Numbered from the stretch's first letter, positions 8,605 to 17,294 are shown. The stretch is 64,000 bases of DNA from Candidatus Bathyarchaeota archaeon (GCA_005882895.1 VBBD01000068.1:4626-68625), one strand, 5' to 3'. Made by a program: numbers and translations. Notes: generated by a model not told the origin, from the letters alone.

Positions 8605-8696
8605 GGGCCCGTAGCTCAGTACGGACAGTAGCGTCGGCCCTCTATTAATCAGGGGAGAGCCGAAGGTCGCGGGTTCAAATCCCGCCGGGCCCGCCA
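8605..8696 (+). tRNA. tRNA with an intron in the anticodon loop. The anticodon is ambiguous; UCU/Arg is the most likely reading. CCA is encoded.
   Basis: The acceptor is GGGCCCG/CGGGCCC, the T-arm is GCGGG-TTCAAAT-CCCGC, and the discriminator is G followed by CCA. The anticodon stem TCGGC...GCCGA encloses 20 nt, 'CCTCTATTAATCAGGGGAGA'. Canonical 37/38 splicing would give the loop CCTCTAA, which has C at position 33. Confidence 0.85.
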
Positions 8697-8700
8697 GAAA

Positions 8701-10248
8701 CTAGCCGTGATCTCTTTCTTTCTGCCGACCTACAATCAGGTGCTCAATCGCCCTCAACTGTGGATGAAGCCGGTGGGGCAATGCGTCCTTCAAGATTGCA
8801 AAGTCGGACGGTCTGAAGATCCTGAAGGCTCGGCTGATGGCGAGAAAGGCTAAGACAAACACGACGATCAGGATTGGTAACCTACGAAAAGGGCTAAGGT
8901 GTCCTATGAGAAGGTCATCGACGATGGCAAGGGGAACTCCTACTCCAACTGCAAGAAGAACTGCGATGGGTAGCGCATTCTCCGTGTGCGTTTTCACTGA
9001 GGACCCCAAGCTCCACCGAGCCAAGATGACGGTGCCTGCAGCGAGCACCATTCTCCCTATGGCACCGCCTAGAGTTCCCAAGACTGCGACAGTGGAGGCG
9101 ACTGTGAGCAAGCCGACGACAGTTGAGACTAGGGTAACGGTGAGAACTTGTCTTGTTCGGCCAATTGCCTGAAGGGATATTGTTAGAATGGCTCCTTGCG
9201 CTGTGAAAATTGTGGCGAGAGCTAGGATGGCGAATATTCCCGCCTGGCTAGTGTAAGTAGGTCCGTACACAAGCTCGATTGCGGTCGGCGCTATAGCGGC
9301 CAGGGCTGCTCCCAATGGTAGGACTGCGAGGTTGGTAAGTCTGAAGGCTACGGCCAGCCGTTCCGATACTGCCTCTGTTCCTCCGGTAGCGTGGCTTGCG
9401 GAGAGAGCAGGATAGAGTGCTTGGGTTACCGGGATCCAGAGGACGGAGAGGAAGCTTACGCTGGAGACTATGAGGTAGTAGGCGCCGGTGGTTGAGAGTT
9501 GGCCGATGATACCTTGCAGAATGGTAATATCACCGTATTGTTGGCCGAAGGCGATCAGGGCGGATCCGAATACTGGTAAGCTAAACGCTAAGAGTGGTTT
9601 TATGGGATGTGAGCTTCGCTCGGGTAGCTGGTCGTGCCAGAGATACGTGGAGAGGAGTACCGCTACGAGCCCGCCTATGACCCATCCGGAGACGATTCCT
9701 GTTACGCGATAGCCTATATAGGCCAGGATGAGTCCGAGACCGCGGCTGAAGGGAATGTATAACGCGTTCTGGTAGAGGTTTCGTGCATAAGCTCCAACGC
9801 CAATGAAGTAAGCGCCGTAGACGAGGATGAGGTCGAGCAGGAAGCCGGAGAAAAAGGTCAAGATCAGGAGAGTTCCAGCATCGGACCTACCGATTACCGA
9901 GGGCCCGATTAGTGGAGAGATTAGCGTGGCGACCGCGAAACCGGTGGCTCCGACCAAGATGGAAAGTCTCAGGACCGTTCTTGCTACGGCGCCTGCGGTC
10001 TGGCGGTCGCCCTTTCCAATGTTACCGGAAATGTAGCGGGTTGCTGCCGATGGTAGTCCTAGCTGTGTCAAGGCTGTAAATGCAGTTTGGGCGGCGAGGA
10101 GTAGGGAAATCTGACCGACCTCGTCTGGTCTCAGGATTCTCGCGAGAGCAACGTAGAAGACCAGATAGGTTGTGTATGTGATGATCTGCTGAGTTGTAAG
10201 GTAGGCTGTGCCTCTTGGAACATTGTAGACTTCGCCTGCCTTCGACAT
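8701..10248 (-). CDS. polysaccharide / oligosaccharide flippase-like membrane protein (MOP/Wzx superfamily)
   Basis: This 515-aa protein is polytopic with about 14 hydrophobic segments. Its N-terminal region ('YLTTQQIITYTTYLVFYVALARIL', 'GLPSAATRYIS') resembles Wzx/MATE-like flippases. Confidence 0.65.
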   Translation of the reverse strand: MSKAGEVYNVPRGTAYLTTQQIITYTTYLVFYVALARILRPDEVGQISLLLAAQTAFTALTQLGLPSAATRYISGNIGKGDRQTAGAVARTVLRLSILVGATGFAVATLISPLIGPSVIGRSDAGTLLILTFFSGFLLDLILVYGAYFIGVGAYARNLYQNALYIPFSRGLGLILAYIGYRVTGIVSGWVIGGLVAVLLSTYLWHDQLPERSSHPIKPLLAFSLPVFGSALIAFGQQYGDITILQGIIGQLSTTGAYYLIVSSVSFLSVLWIPVTQALYPALSASHATGGTEAVSERLAVAFRLTNLAVLPLGAALAAIAPTAIELVYGPTYTSQAGIFAILALATIFTAQGAILTISLQAIGRTRQVLTVTLVSTVVGLLTVASTVAVLGTLGGAIGRMVLAAGTVILARWSLGSSVKTHTENALPIAVLLAVGVGVPLAIVDDLLIGHLSPFRRLPILIVVFVLAFLAISRAFRIFRPSDFAILKDALPHRLHPQLRAIEHLIVGRQKERDHG

Positions 10249-10361
10249 GAACTTGTTATCCGTGCCGTCATTGGCGGAGTTCTTCTAGATTACGGTCGAA
10301 ACTGACTACATAGTTCAAGGAGCGCTTGACGATATCCGAGGATAAGTATCCTCAGAATGAG

Positions 10362-11330
10362 TCAGGTAAAGTGCTGCCAGCCTCGCGCTTCAACCGTAAC
10401 CTGTTTTCCTCTGATTTGAGCCGCGACTCCGAAACGTTTCTTCTCGACTGTCCCTATCTTCTTCAGCGATGGAACACGTCTTTTCAGCTTGTTGAAGCTC
10501 TGCGGTTTGATCGTCACTACAAGTTCGTATTCTTCTCCTCCGTAGAGCGCGAGTTCCAAGGCGGACAATCGATGTTCTTTCGCGAAGCTCTCTACTTCGG
10601 TAGCGACAGGAATAGTGTGGAGACTGATGCCGACCTTGCTCGACTGTGCAATCTGGTGGAGGCTCCAGGCTAGGCCATCGCTCGAGTCAATGGAGCTTGT
10701 AGTTGCATGGCTTTTGGCCAGAGCAATTCCTTCTGCCAGCCTGGCCGTTGGCCGGCGCACAGCTTTGACAAGGGACGGGTATTTCACGAAATCAATCTCC
10801 CTCTTTGAGATGAGAATCCTCAGGCCTGCGCTTGTTCTTCCGAAGGGTCCTGTCACGGCGACGATGTCCTCTGGTCTTGCTCCATCTCGTCGAACCAGGG
10901 TCTTCGGATCCGCGAACCCAACTCCCGCGATGTCTATTATGAGATCGTCTGCTTGATTGGTGTCTCCACCGATGATCTTGCAGTGGTATTCTCGTGCTGC
11001 TTGGCCGAGACCGCGGGCTATGTCTTGAACTGTCGTCTTTTTGGCGGGTGCTGGAAGTCCGAGTGAGACCATCAGGGCTTGTGGTTTGACGCCTTTTGCT
11101 GCGAAGTCGCTGATGGTGGCGAGGACGGCTTTTCTTGCCGCTTCCTGAACTGTCATTCCTGGTGGGACGTCGGTGCTGCCGACGAGCATGTCTGTCTTCA
11201 CGATGATCCATGTTTTCCTTGAGAACGGGATTGCGGAGACGTCATCGTCGAAGCCGAGGGGGACGCTTGGCTGGTCGATGTATTGGTTCGTTAGGATCTG
11301 GATGATTTCTCTCTCTGTGGGATCTTTCAT
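10362..11330 (-). CDS. thiL: thiamine-monophosphate kinase
   Basis: The protein has the AIR-synthase-related fold. Supporting segments are 'GFDDDVSAIP', 'IVKTDMLVGSTDVPPGM', 'ISDFAAKGVKP', 'IIGGDTN' and 'SSIDSSDGLA'. Confidence 0.85.
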   Translation of the reverse strand: MKDPTEREIIQILTNQYIDQPSVPLGFDDDVSAIPFSRKTWIIVKTDMLVGSTDVPPGMTVQEAARKAVLATISDFAAKGVKPQALMVSLGLPAPAKKTTVQDIARGLGQAAREYHCKIIGGDTNQADDLIIDIAGVGFADPKTLVRRDGARPEDIVAVTGPFGRTSAGLRILISKREIDFVKYPSLVKAVRRPTARLAEGIALAKSHATTSSIDSSDGLAWSLHQIAQSSKVGISLHTIPVATEVESFAKEHRLSALELALYGGEEYELVVTIKPQSFNKLKRRVPSLKKIGTVEKKRFGVAAQIRGKQVTVEARGWQHFT

Positions 11331-11362
11331 CGACTGGCGAGCTGGTTGAATGTGGTAGGAGC

Positions 11363-11369
11363 TTTAAGT
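11363..11369 (+). promoter_or_regulatory. TATA-box-like element upstream of tRNA-Thr
   Basis: 'TTTAAGT' lies about 28-34 nt upstream of tRNA position 1 (11397). Confidence 0.4.
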
Positions 11370-11396
11370 CAAAGCGTTGTCGAGCGTTGGCTTGGT

Positions 11397-11518
11397 GCCT
11401 CGGTGGCTCAGCCTGGTAGATGTTTCTCGACACCGGAGAGCATCCGCCTCGTAAGCGGAAAGGCAAGTCGATCGCTTGCCCCGCAGGGTCGCGGGTTCAA
11501 ACCCCGCCCGAGGCTCCA
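11397..11518 (+). tRNA. tRNA-Thr(CGU) with two putative introns (D-loop and variable region); CCA is encoded
   Basis: The acceptor is GCCTCGG/CCGAGGC. The D-stem, GCTC...GAGC, is split by about 18 nt. The anticodon arm is TCCGC-CTCGTAA-GCGGA. An insert of about 24 nt precedes the T-arm GCGGG-TTCAAAC-CCCGC. The discriminator is T, followed by CCA. Confidence 0.9.
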
Positions 11519-11820
11519 GATTTAGGTCAAGGTTCTTGTCTTTTCGTAGAGACTTTAACGACATCAACCCCGTCATTTTCCCCTGATGGCTCCCCCTTAG
11601 AGGCTACCTGAGGAGCTCGAGAGATGGAGGTCTGGTTATTCCAGAGGTTTCCCGATACACTGGTGGAAGACGATCGACCGATTTGAGCACATCGCTCGTT
11701 TCATAGCTGGCTTTAGCGAGGCCAATCTAGAATCGTCGACTCGCTCTTTTTATGGTTAGACTGATTGATCGAAGAGAGAGCGATACTGTTATTATGATCC
11801 TATGTTCGTAGTAGGATGAT

Positions 11821-12420
11821 ATGTTACGACTGAGAACGCTGCTGGTTGCTCTAGGAATAGTCCTATTGTTGGGCATCGGGACCCATGCAACTTCACTAAA
11901 CTTGCTCCCCTCGATTCCACGGGCTCACGCTGCGAGTGTCTCTATGGTCTTAACAGGTTGCGCTTTCGTTACGGGCAGCTGCCGGGCCGCGGGCTGGAAC
12001 GGCACGACGACACGCCCTAATCCTACGATAACAGTTCAGCAGGGGGACGTTGTCTCGGTGACGTTGAGCAGCGCTGATACTCTATCGCATCAATTCCTCG
12101 TTGATGCAGACGTGGATGGTGCGGCTGACGTTGCCGACTGTCCAACCACGGATCCTTGTTCAAAAATGTTTTTCTCCGCTACACCGTTTACCTACACCTT
12201 TACTGTTAGTTTCCCACCCGGCACATATTCGTATTTCTGCGTAGTTCATCCGGCGAGTATGCTTGGAAGCTTCGTGGTGGTTTCTACTCCAGTGGGCAGC
12301 ACACCTCTCGTTGTGAACAAACTGGGCTTACTGGCTCCTTACATCGGATTTGCCACCGTGCTGATGGGACTGATTGGCGTAACGCTCTTCCACGTCAGGA
12401 GGGAGGCTCGCAAAACCTAG
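11821..12420 (+). CDS. membrane-anchored blue (type 1) copper protein, cupredoxin / plastocyanin-like
   Basis: It has a signal peptide ('LLVALGIVLLLGIGTHA') and a copper ligand pattern of 'SHQF' ... 'YFCVVHPASMLG' (H...C..H....M). A C-terminal TM segment and basic tail follow. Confidence 0.8.
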   Translation: MLRLRTLLVALGIVLLLGIGTHATSLNLLPSIPRAHAASVSMVLTGCAFVTGSCRAAGWNGTTTRPNPTITVQQGDVVSVTLSSADTLSHQFLVDADVDGAADVADCPTTDPCSKMFFSATPFTYTFTVSFPPGTYSYFCVVHPASMLGSFVVVSTPVGSTPLVVNKLGLLAPYIGFATVLMGLIGVTLFHVRREARKT

Positions 12421-12724
12421 CCATAGTCTGCCGGCGTCCAGCTCTATCCGTCGAGGAAAACGAAGACGTCCTTACGGCCCACTCCGAACTTGAACATAAC
12501 TCAGCCTTGCTGGAAGGAGCGAGGGTAGAGCTTGTCCCACTGTGCGAGTTGATGATCCCAAATTGAATCTGGAAATGGGGTGTGGTTGTTGAATCTTCGC
12601 CTAAGTATCCGATACCAACGCGCTAGGAAGTAGTCCTGATTGCGCGAGAATGACAGGTTTCAGGCTTATACGTATGGAAGGACACGTGATTCCCTTGTCT
12701 TCGGTTCGAATAGGCGGTGACTAG

Positions 12725-13582
12725 GTGGCGAGAGATTCGGATAGAGCGGAGTCTAGCCATAGAGGAAGACAGTTAGACCAGCTCATAGATTCACTGATAT
12801 CAGAACTGCCTACAACGCCGTCTATCCTGTGTCGACACTCCAGCCGTTCGAGGAACGGTAGGCTAAAGGCCGCCCTGCTCTTGTCTCTAGCAATAACCTT
12901 GTCGCTAGTCACGTTATTGGGAGTTATTCCACTGTGGGGTTCTGGTTGCAGTCCAAATCCAACCAGGTCTGCGGGTTCTAAGAGTATAGCACTGATAGAC
13001 TCCCTTGCCGTAGACTCTCCAAACCCGGGTCTTGTAGAGAACATCTCATCACTGACAAACGTGGCGGGTTACTCTCTTGACTATTATCCGGCCGTTGCAG
13101 TAACGGTTGATTTGTTTCAGCATCTTCCGGAGAAGGGATATTCTATGATCATTCTGAGGACTCATAGTACGTGGGATGGGAACGTGGTCGTCACCTCTGA
13201 GCCTTACGACCCTCATCAAAGGGTCATCGGTCAAGTTCTGGACAGGGTGGGGGACGCCAATGTTGGAGGCCGTCAGTACTTCAGCGTGACACCTGGCTAC
13301 ATTGGAAGCACGATGTGTGGACGACTTCAAGGGGCGATGGTTCTGTCAATGGGGTGTACCACTGGCAGCGGGCAGCTTGCGAAAGCCTTCATGGAGAAGG
13401 GAGCACGTATGTTCGTAGGCTGGGATGGCGTGGTCACTGTTGCCCAGACGGACTCTACTTTTCAGGCGTTGGTGGGGCTCTTGCTGAAAGGTGAATCCGC
13501 GCACGAGGCGATTCAAACTGTAACGCCTGGTCGCGGTGTGGACCCAACAACTGGTCCGAACCTTGTACTCTACGGACAATAG
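12725..13582 (+). CDS. membrane-anchored or lipoprotein-like extracellular protein; possible clan-CD (caspase/gingipain-fold) peptidase-like domain
   Basis: The N-terminal TM segment ends in 'LWGSGCS'. A beta-strand-then-His segment, 'YSMIILRTHSTW', and a beta-strand-then-Cys segment, 'AMVLSMGCTTGSG', are followed by 'KGARMFVGW'. The start is uncertain (GTG in the track). Confidence 0.5.
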   Translation: MARDSDRAESSHRGRQLDQLIDSLISELPTTPSILCRHSSRSRNGRLKAALLLSLAITLSLVTLLGVIPLWGSGCSPNPTRSAGSKSIALIDSLAVDSPNPGLVENISSLTNVAGYSLDYYPAVAVTVDLFQHLPEKGYSMIILRTHSTWDGNVVVTSEPYDPHQRVIGQVLDRVGDANVGGRQYFSVTPGYIGSTMCGRLQGAMVLSMGCTTGSGQLAKAFMEKGARMFVGWDGVVTVAQTDSTFQALVGLLLKGESAHEAIQTVTPGRGVDPTTGPNLVLYGQ

Positions 13583-13656
13583 GTCGATGTTGGTTGGTTG
13601 GATTCTTTCGCTTCACGTCTTGGCACAAACTTAAGCCGGCGAATGCGAGCGACTCT

Positions 13657-14190
13657 CTAAGTCAGTGTGATGCTCTGGTTCTCCTCGTAGAACGATGGGG
13701 TTCCGGTCACCATATCGAGAAGCGAGGAGACGGTGACCACAAAGAAGGTTTTGGCCGTGACGAATCCGTTGTGGGTGTTGGAGAAGACTGAAAGAGACGT
13801 GGCGTCTTGAGAGTTCAGCGTGACAGCGAAGGTCCACACTGTCATCATGTGCGGCGCTAGGGTCTGATTGATCATCCAACTGCGCGTCACGGGGATGCGG
13901 TCGAACAGGGAAGAGTTGCCGGATACAAAATGGGTGGAGATGTTGACCAGCATCGGCCTTAAACCACCATAATCCACAGGGTTATCAGCTCCTACTTCCA
14001 CCAGAATGCTCGTCTGGTTTGCGATAGCGCCTTGCAAGGTCATTCTGGAAATTGTGAATTGTAGTTGGCCGAGGGAGGCGTACAAGAGGAGATAATCTCT
14101 GCCACCCAGTACGAGGTTGACGGCTGAAGTTGCCGACAACAGGACAAAGACCCAGGGAATAAGTCGTCTGGCGTTGAGCTGAAGCTTCAT
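13657..14190 (-). CDS. hypothetical membrane-anchored protein (LEA-2/NDR1-like topology)
   Basis: An N-terminal TM segment, 'LIPWVFVLLSATSAVNLVLGG', is followed by a beta-rich ectodomain carrying several N-x-S/T sequons. Confidence 0.5.
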   Translation of the reverse strand: MKLQLNARRLIPWVFVLLSATSAVNLVLGGRDYLLLYASLGQLQFTISRMTLQGAIANQTSILVEVGADNPVDYGGLRPMLVNISTHFVSGNSSLFDRIPVTRSWMINQTLAPHMMTVWTFAVTLNSQDATSLSVFSNTHNGFVTAKTFFVVTVSSLLDMVTGTPSFYEENQSITLT

Positions 14191-14208
14191 CTGGGTCCGT
14201 ACTCGGAT

Positions 14209-14670
14209 ATGTCCGCGTTGGGTTTGTTTGACGTTAAGGGTATCGGTCCGAAGCTGGTCCGGGCGAAGTCAGGTTTGGTCGTCTTGGGCTGGGGGGTTTC
14301 CATCGCTAGCTTGGCTTTGACAGGTATTCTCCAAGGCATTATCATTCCCCACTCTGCTCAATATGTTCCCCAAGCGGGTGTCGGAATCTTGAGAGTTGCT
14401 CTCTATTACGGGGGGATATTTGGCTTGTCGATCTTGGCAGGGTGGGTGCTGGCAGATATCTCGAAAGCGGTGCTTGGGTTCTTCGTCTCCTACGGTGTTG
14501 GAGTGTTCTTGACGTTTCTGGCTCTCGCTGGGCCTGGTTTTGCGGGGGTAATTCCTGAGTCGGTCGCAGAGCTATCGGCTATTGTGTTCGCTTTTACCGC
14601 GCTCTTTCCCCTTGCATTTCTCGCGGGGTTGGTTGGCGGGCTTCTGGGTGCCGCTTCCTCAGAGACTTAG
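14209..14670 (+). CDS. hypothetical integral membrane protein (about 4 TM segments)
   Basis: This 153-aa protein is strongly hydrophobic with Gly/Ala/Leu-rich helices. Confidence 0.55.
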   Translation: MSALGLFDVKGIGPKLVRAKSGLVVLGWGVSIASLALTGILQGIIIPHSAQYVPQAGVGILRVALYYGGIFGLSILAGWVLADISKAVLGFFVSYGVGVFLTFLALAGPGFAGVIPESVAELSAIVFAFTALFPLAFLAGLVGGLLGAASSET

Positions 14671-15154
14671 CGCTCGGCTCGGGCCGGGTTGACGGGCGGT
14701 TTCCCCCAAATCAATGGCTCGCGCTAGAGTGGAAGACCTGCTGGGAATCGTTGCTTTCCATCTCGGTGCGTATGGCTTTCATCGTTGAAGCCTGTCTGAG
14801 GCTTGATGAAGCTGAGGAAGTTGGGTTCGCATCCGGATCGGGTCGGGATTAGGGGAGGCTTATGGTACTCGTATCTGAGCGACCAGTGCTAGAACATAGA
14901 GTATCATCAGGGTAATGATGAGAGCGCTGAGCCAGTACTTGCTATTCATTTCTTGTATGTCTCTGGGCAGTACTTCCGTTGTATCATTGACCTCTCTCCT
15001 GATCCGCTTATTTCAGTGTGACTGCCCAGGGATTGAAGGTTCCCGAGACGCATCCTCATCTCTATGGATTGCGAGTAATCGAAATAGTCCCACAACGTAT
15101 CTGTCGCTGAGCGTTCTTGTCGACCTTTCCGCGCAAGTGTTGCGTCTATGGAAC

Positions 15155-15207
15155 AACAAGTCGTCCTAGGGGTTAGGTCGGGGGTTCAAATCCCGGCCGA
15201 GGCTCCA
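15155..15207 (+). pseudogene. diverged copy of the 3' portion of tRNA-Thr (variable-region intron, T-arm, 3' acceptor, CCA); there is no 5' half
   Basis: 'caagtcgtcctaggggttaggtcgggggttcaaatcccggccgaggctcca' aligns with 11464-11518, 'caagtcgatcgcttgccccgcagggtcgcgggttcaaaccccgcccgaggctcca'. The last 31 nt differ at 3 positions, and these changes break the T-stem. I found no GCCTCGG 5' acceptor in the preceding 500 nt. Confidence 0.7.
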
Positions 15208-15262
15208 AAAACCCAAAAGCCATAGATCTTTCGCGTCCGTTCTCTTCCGGATGGGCACTCAT

Positions 15263-15358
15263 GCGACGCGAGACAGAGTCGCTAAGACCCCTATTTTTCT
15301 GGAATCATTTGCTGTCTGGCGGTGATAATGGGCGAGTCGGGCCGTTCAAACCACAATC
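15263..15358 (+). repeat. imperfect direct repeat, copy A (about 95 bp)
   Basis: 'gcgacgcgagacagagtcgctaagaccc...atttgctgtctggcgg...gggcgagtcggg...acaatc' aligns by eye with copy B, which lies about 233 bp downstream. Confidence 0.65.
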
Positions 15359-15494
15359 TGGGCTTTGGTCGGTAAGGAATTACCCGCGTTTTCAGCGTGG
15401 ATTGTCCCTTGTTCTAGAAGTGCCTGTTCACATGTTGAATCGGGGCTGACAATAGGCGATTTCGTGAATCAGAATGTTCCCTCAACCTCTCTTG

Positions 15495-15593
15495 TGTCGC
15501 GAGACGCGTTCGCTAAGACTCCCCCTCCTTTTAGCGAGGGAATTTGCTGTCTGGCAGGGTTTCCGGGCGAGACAGGTTGATCAAGGTACAATC
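15495..15593 (+). repeat. imperfect direct repeat, copy B (about 95 bp)
   Basis: 'gtgtcgcgagacgcgttcgctaagactcc...aatttgctgtctggcagg...gggcgagacagg...acaatc'. A third partial match, 'ctgggcgagtcttgg', lies near 15697. Confidence 0.65.
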
Positions 15594-15887
15594 CATGTTT
15601 TGATGGCAGGACGAAACTTGTGGTTTTATCGCCGTGTCACGAACGGTTTCCAGGGCAGTCTAGGGAAGGGGTCCCAGATTCGTGATCAGGGCTTATTCTG
15701 GGCGAGTCTTGGACCCTTTTTCTCAGGAAACACCTCTCTGGTCTTTTTGAACAATCACCCTTGGAGCAACCCTGGGCAGAGACAGTGGCGTCGAGTTTCC
15801 GCGACAATCCAACACTAGGGGCTCGAGAACTGGCTCCAAACCGGTTTTCTGGAAGATGCTATTAGTACGTTATCCAAGCATAGTTTT

Positions 15888-17264
15888 GTGAAAGAGCAGA
15901 GCCTGAGACAGGCCTTCGATTACATCCAGAAAAACAAGGAGCCATTCCTCAGAGATTTCCGCACCCTTCTCCGACAACCCAGCGTATCTGCCCAGGGAAA
16001 GGGCATTCAGGACTGTGCCCGGATCGTCAAGAAGAATATGGATGCTGCCGGAATAAAGACCCAGATTCTTCCAGAGAAAAATGGCAACCCAATCGTCTAC
16101 GGTGAAGTAAGATCGAAGTCTTCTAGCAAAACCCTGCTAATCTACGGGCACTACGACGTTCAACCTGTAGAGCCATTGGAAGAATGGGATTCTGGACCCT
16201 TCGATGCAAAATTGCAGGGCAAGAAGATAGTCTCGAGAGGCGCCGCTGACAGCAAGAACAATGTTACCAGTTGTATCAAAGCGACTGAGAGCTTTCTGAA
16301 AGCGACCGGTGATGTGCCGCTCAACCTGAAATTTCTTTTCGAAGGAGAAGAAGAGATCGGCAGCCCGCACCTTCCAGGATTTATCGACGAGAACAAGGAA
16401 CGGTTGAAGGCCGACAGTGTAGTCTGCTACGATGGAGATTTCGACGAGACAGGCCGACCAAAGATCAGTCTAGGTGTCAAGGGACTACTCTACGTCGAAC
16501 TAAGATGCAAGAAGGCTAGAGAGGATCTTCACTCATCCTACGCGCCACTAGTCGACAACCCTGCTTGGCGGCTGGTCTGGGCGTTGAACACGATGAAAGG
16601 CCCAGACGGAAAAATCCTGATCAAAGGATGGTACGATGACGTAGAACCATTCACTCCCGCCCAGTCAAAGCTCGTAGGCAAGATTCCATTCCGAGGAGAA
16701 AACTATCTCAAAGAATGGGGCCTGAAAAAATTCCTCAACGCAAAAACCAACAGAGAAGCGTTGAAGAAATACCTGATGGAGCCTACGTGCACAATCTGCG
16801 GCTTCAAAACAGGTTACATTGGACAAGGATCCAAAACCGTTTTGCCCGGAAGCGCGATGTTGAAGATCGACTTTCGCCTCGTATACAACCAGAACCCGAA
16901 AAAACTACTCTCCTCCTTGAAAGATCACCTGCACCAACATGGTTTCGATGACATCCAGGTCAAAGCTCTAGGATTCTTGGAACCCTCCCGGACGAAACCT
17001 TCTGCACCAATCGCCCGGGCGGCCGCCAAAGCCGCAAAGATAGCCTACGGGCGCGGCCCGGTGGTTCTACCGAGAAACCCGGCATCAGGCCCGGATTACC
17101 TGTTCACCAAACGACTAGGCTTAGACAGTATCTGGACGGGAAGCGGGCCGCCCTCGGCTTACAGCCACGCCCACGCGCCAAACGAGTATACAACGACAGA
17201 CGACTTCATAGCAGGAATACGATACATTAGCGCGATCATGCAAGAATACGCCGGGACAAGCTAG
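15888..17264 (+). CDS. M20 family metallopeptidase (dipeptidase / ArgE-DapE-CPG2-like)
   Basis: The motifs 'LLIYGHYDVQP', 'SRGAADSKN' and 'FLFEGEEEIGSPHL' are present. It is a paralog of 50576..52018. Confidence 0.85.
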   Translation: MKEQSLRQAFDYIQKNKEPFLRDFRTLLRQPSVSAQGKGIQDCARIVKKNMDAAGIKTQILPEKNGNPIVYGEVRSKSSSKTLLIYGHYDVQPVEPLEEWDSGPFDAKLQGKKIVSRGAADSKNNVTSCIKATESFLKATGDVPLNLKFLFEGEEEIGSPHLPGFIDENKERLKADSVVCYDGDFDETGRPKISLGVKGLLYVELRCKKAREDLHSSYAPLVDNPAWRLVWALNTMKGPDGKILIKGWYDDVEPFTPAQSKLVGKIPFRGENYLKEWGLKKFLNAKTNREALKKYLMEPTCTICGFKTGYIGQGSKTVLPGSAMLKIDFRLVYNQNPKKLLSSLKDHLHQHGFDDIQVKALGFLEPSRTKPSAPIARAAAKAAKIAYGRGPVVLPRNPASGPDYLFTKRLGLDSIWTGSGPPSAYSHAHAPNEYTTTDDFIAGIRYISAIMQEYAGTS

Positions 17265-17294
17265 CACTGGAGTAGTCTACGGCCCATTCTTTCT

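Noticed and set aside
10792-11211. 139-aa Arg/Ser/His-rich minus-strand ORF
   Set aside because: It is an alternative frame inside thiL. Its extreme basic, low-complexity composition is typical of an out-of-frame translation.
12545-12640. C/D-box sRNA candidate ('TGATGA' ... 'CTGA')
   Set aside because: The C-like and D-like boxes are about 84 nt apart, and the internal D'/C' boxes are only weakly approximated ('CTGG', 'TGTGGTT'). No terminal stem is evident, so this does not meet the archaeal C/D sRNA architecture.
14909-14935. 'ATGATGA...CTGA' pair near 14913
   Set aside because: The boxes are only about 6 nt apart, which leaves no room for a guide sequence. I regard it as a chance occurrence.
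15178-15207. Possible functional tRNA, or 3' half of a split tRNA
   Set aside because: The T-stem would have only 3 of 5 base pairs. I found no matching 5' acceptor (GCCTCGG), D-arm or anticodon arm within about 500 nt upstream. I interpret it as a decayed copy of the tRNA-Thr 3' end.
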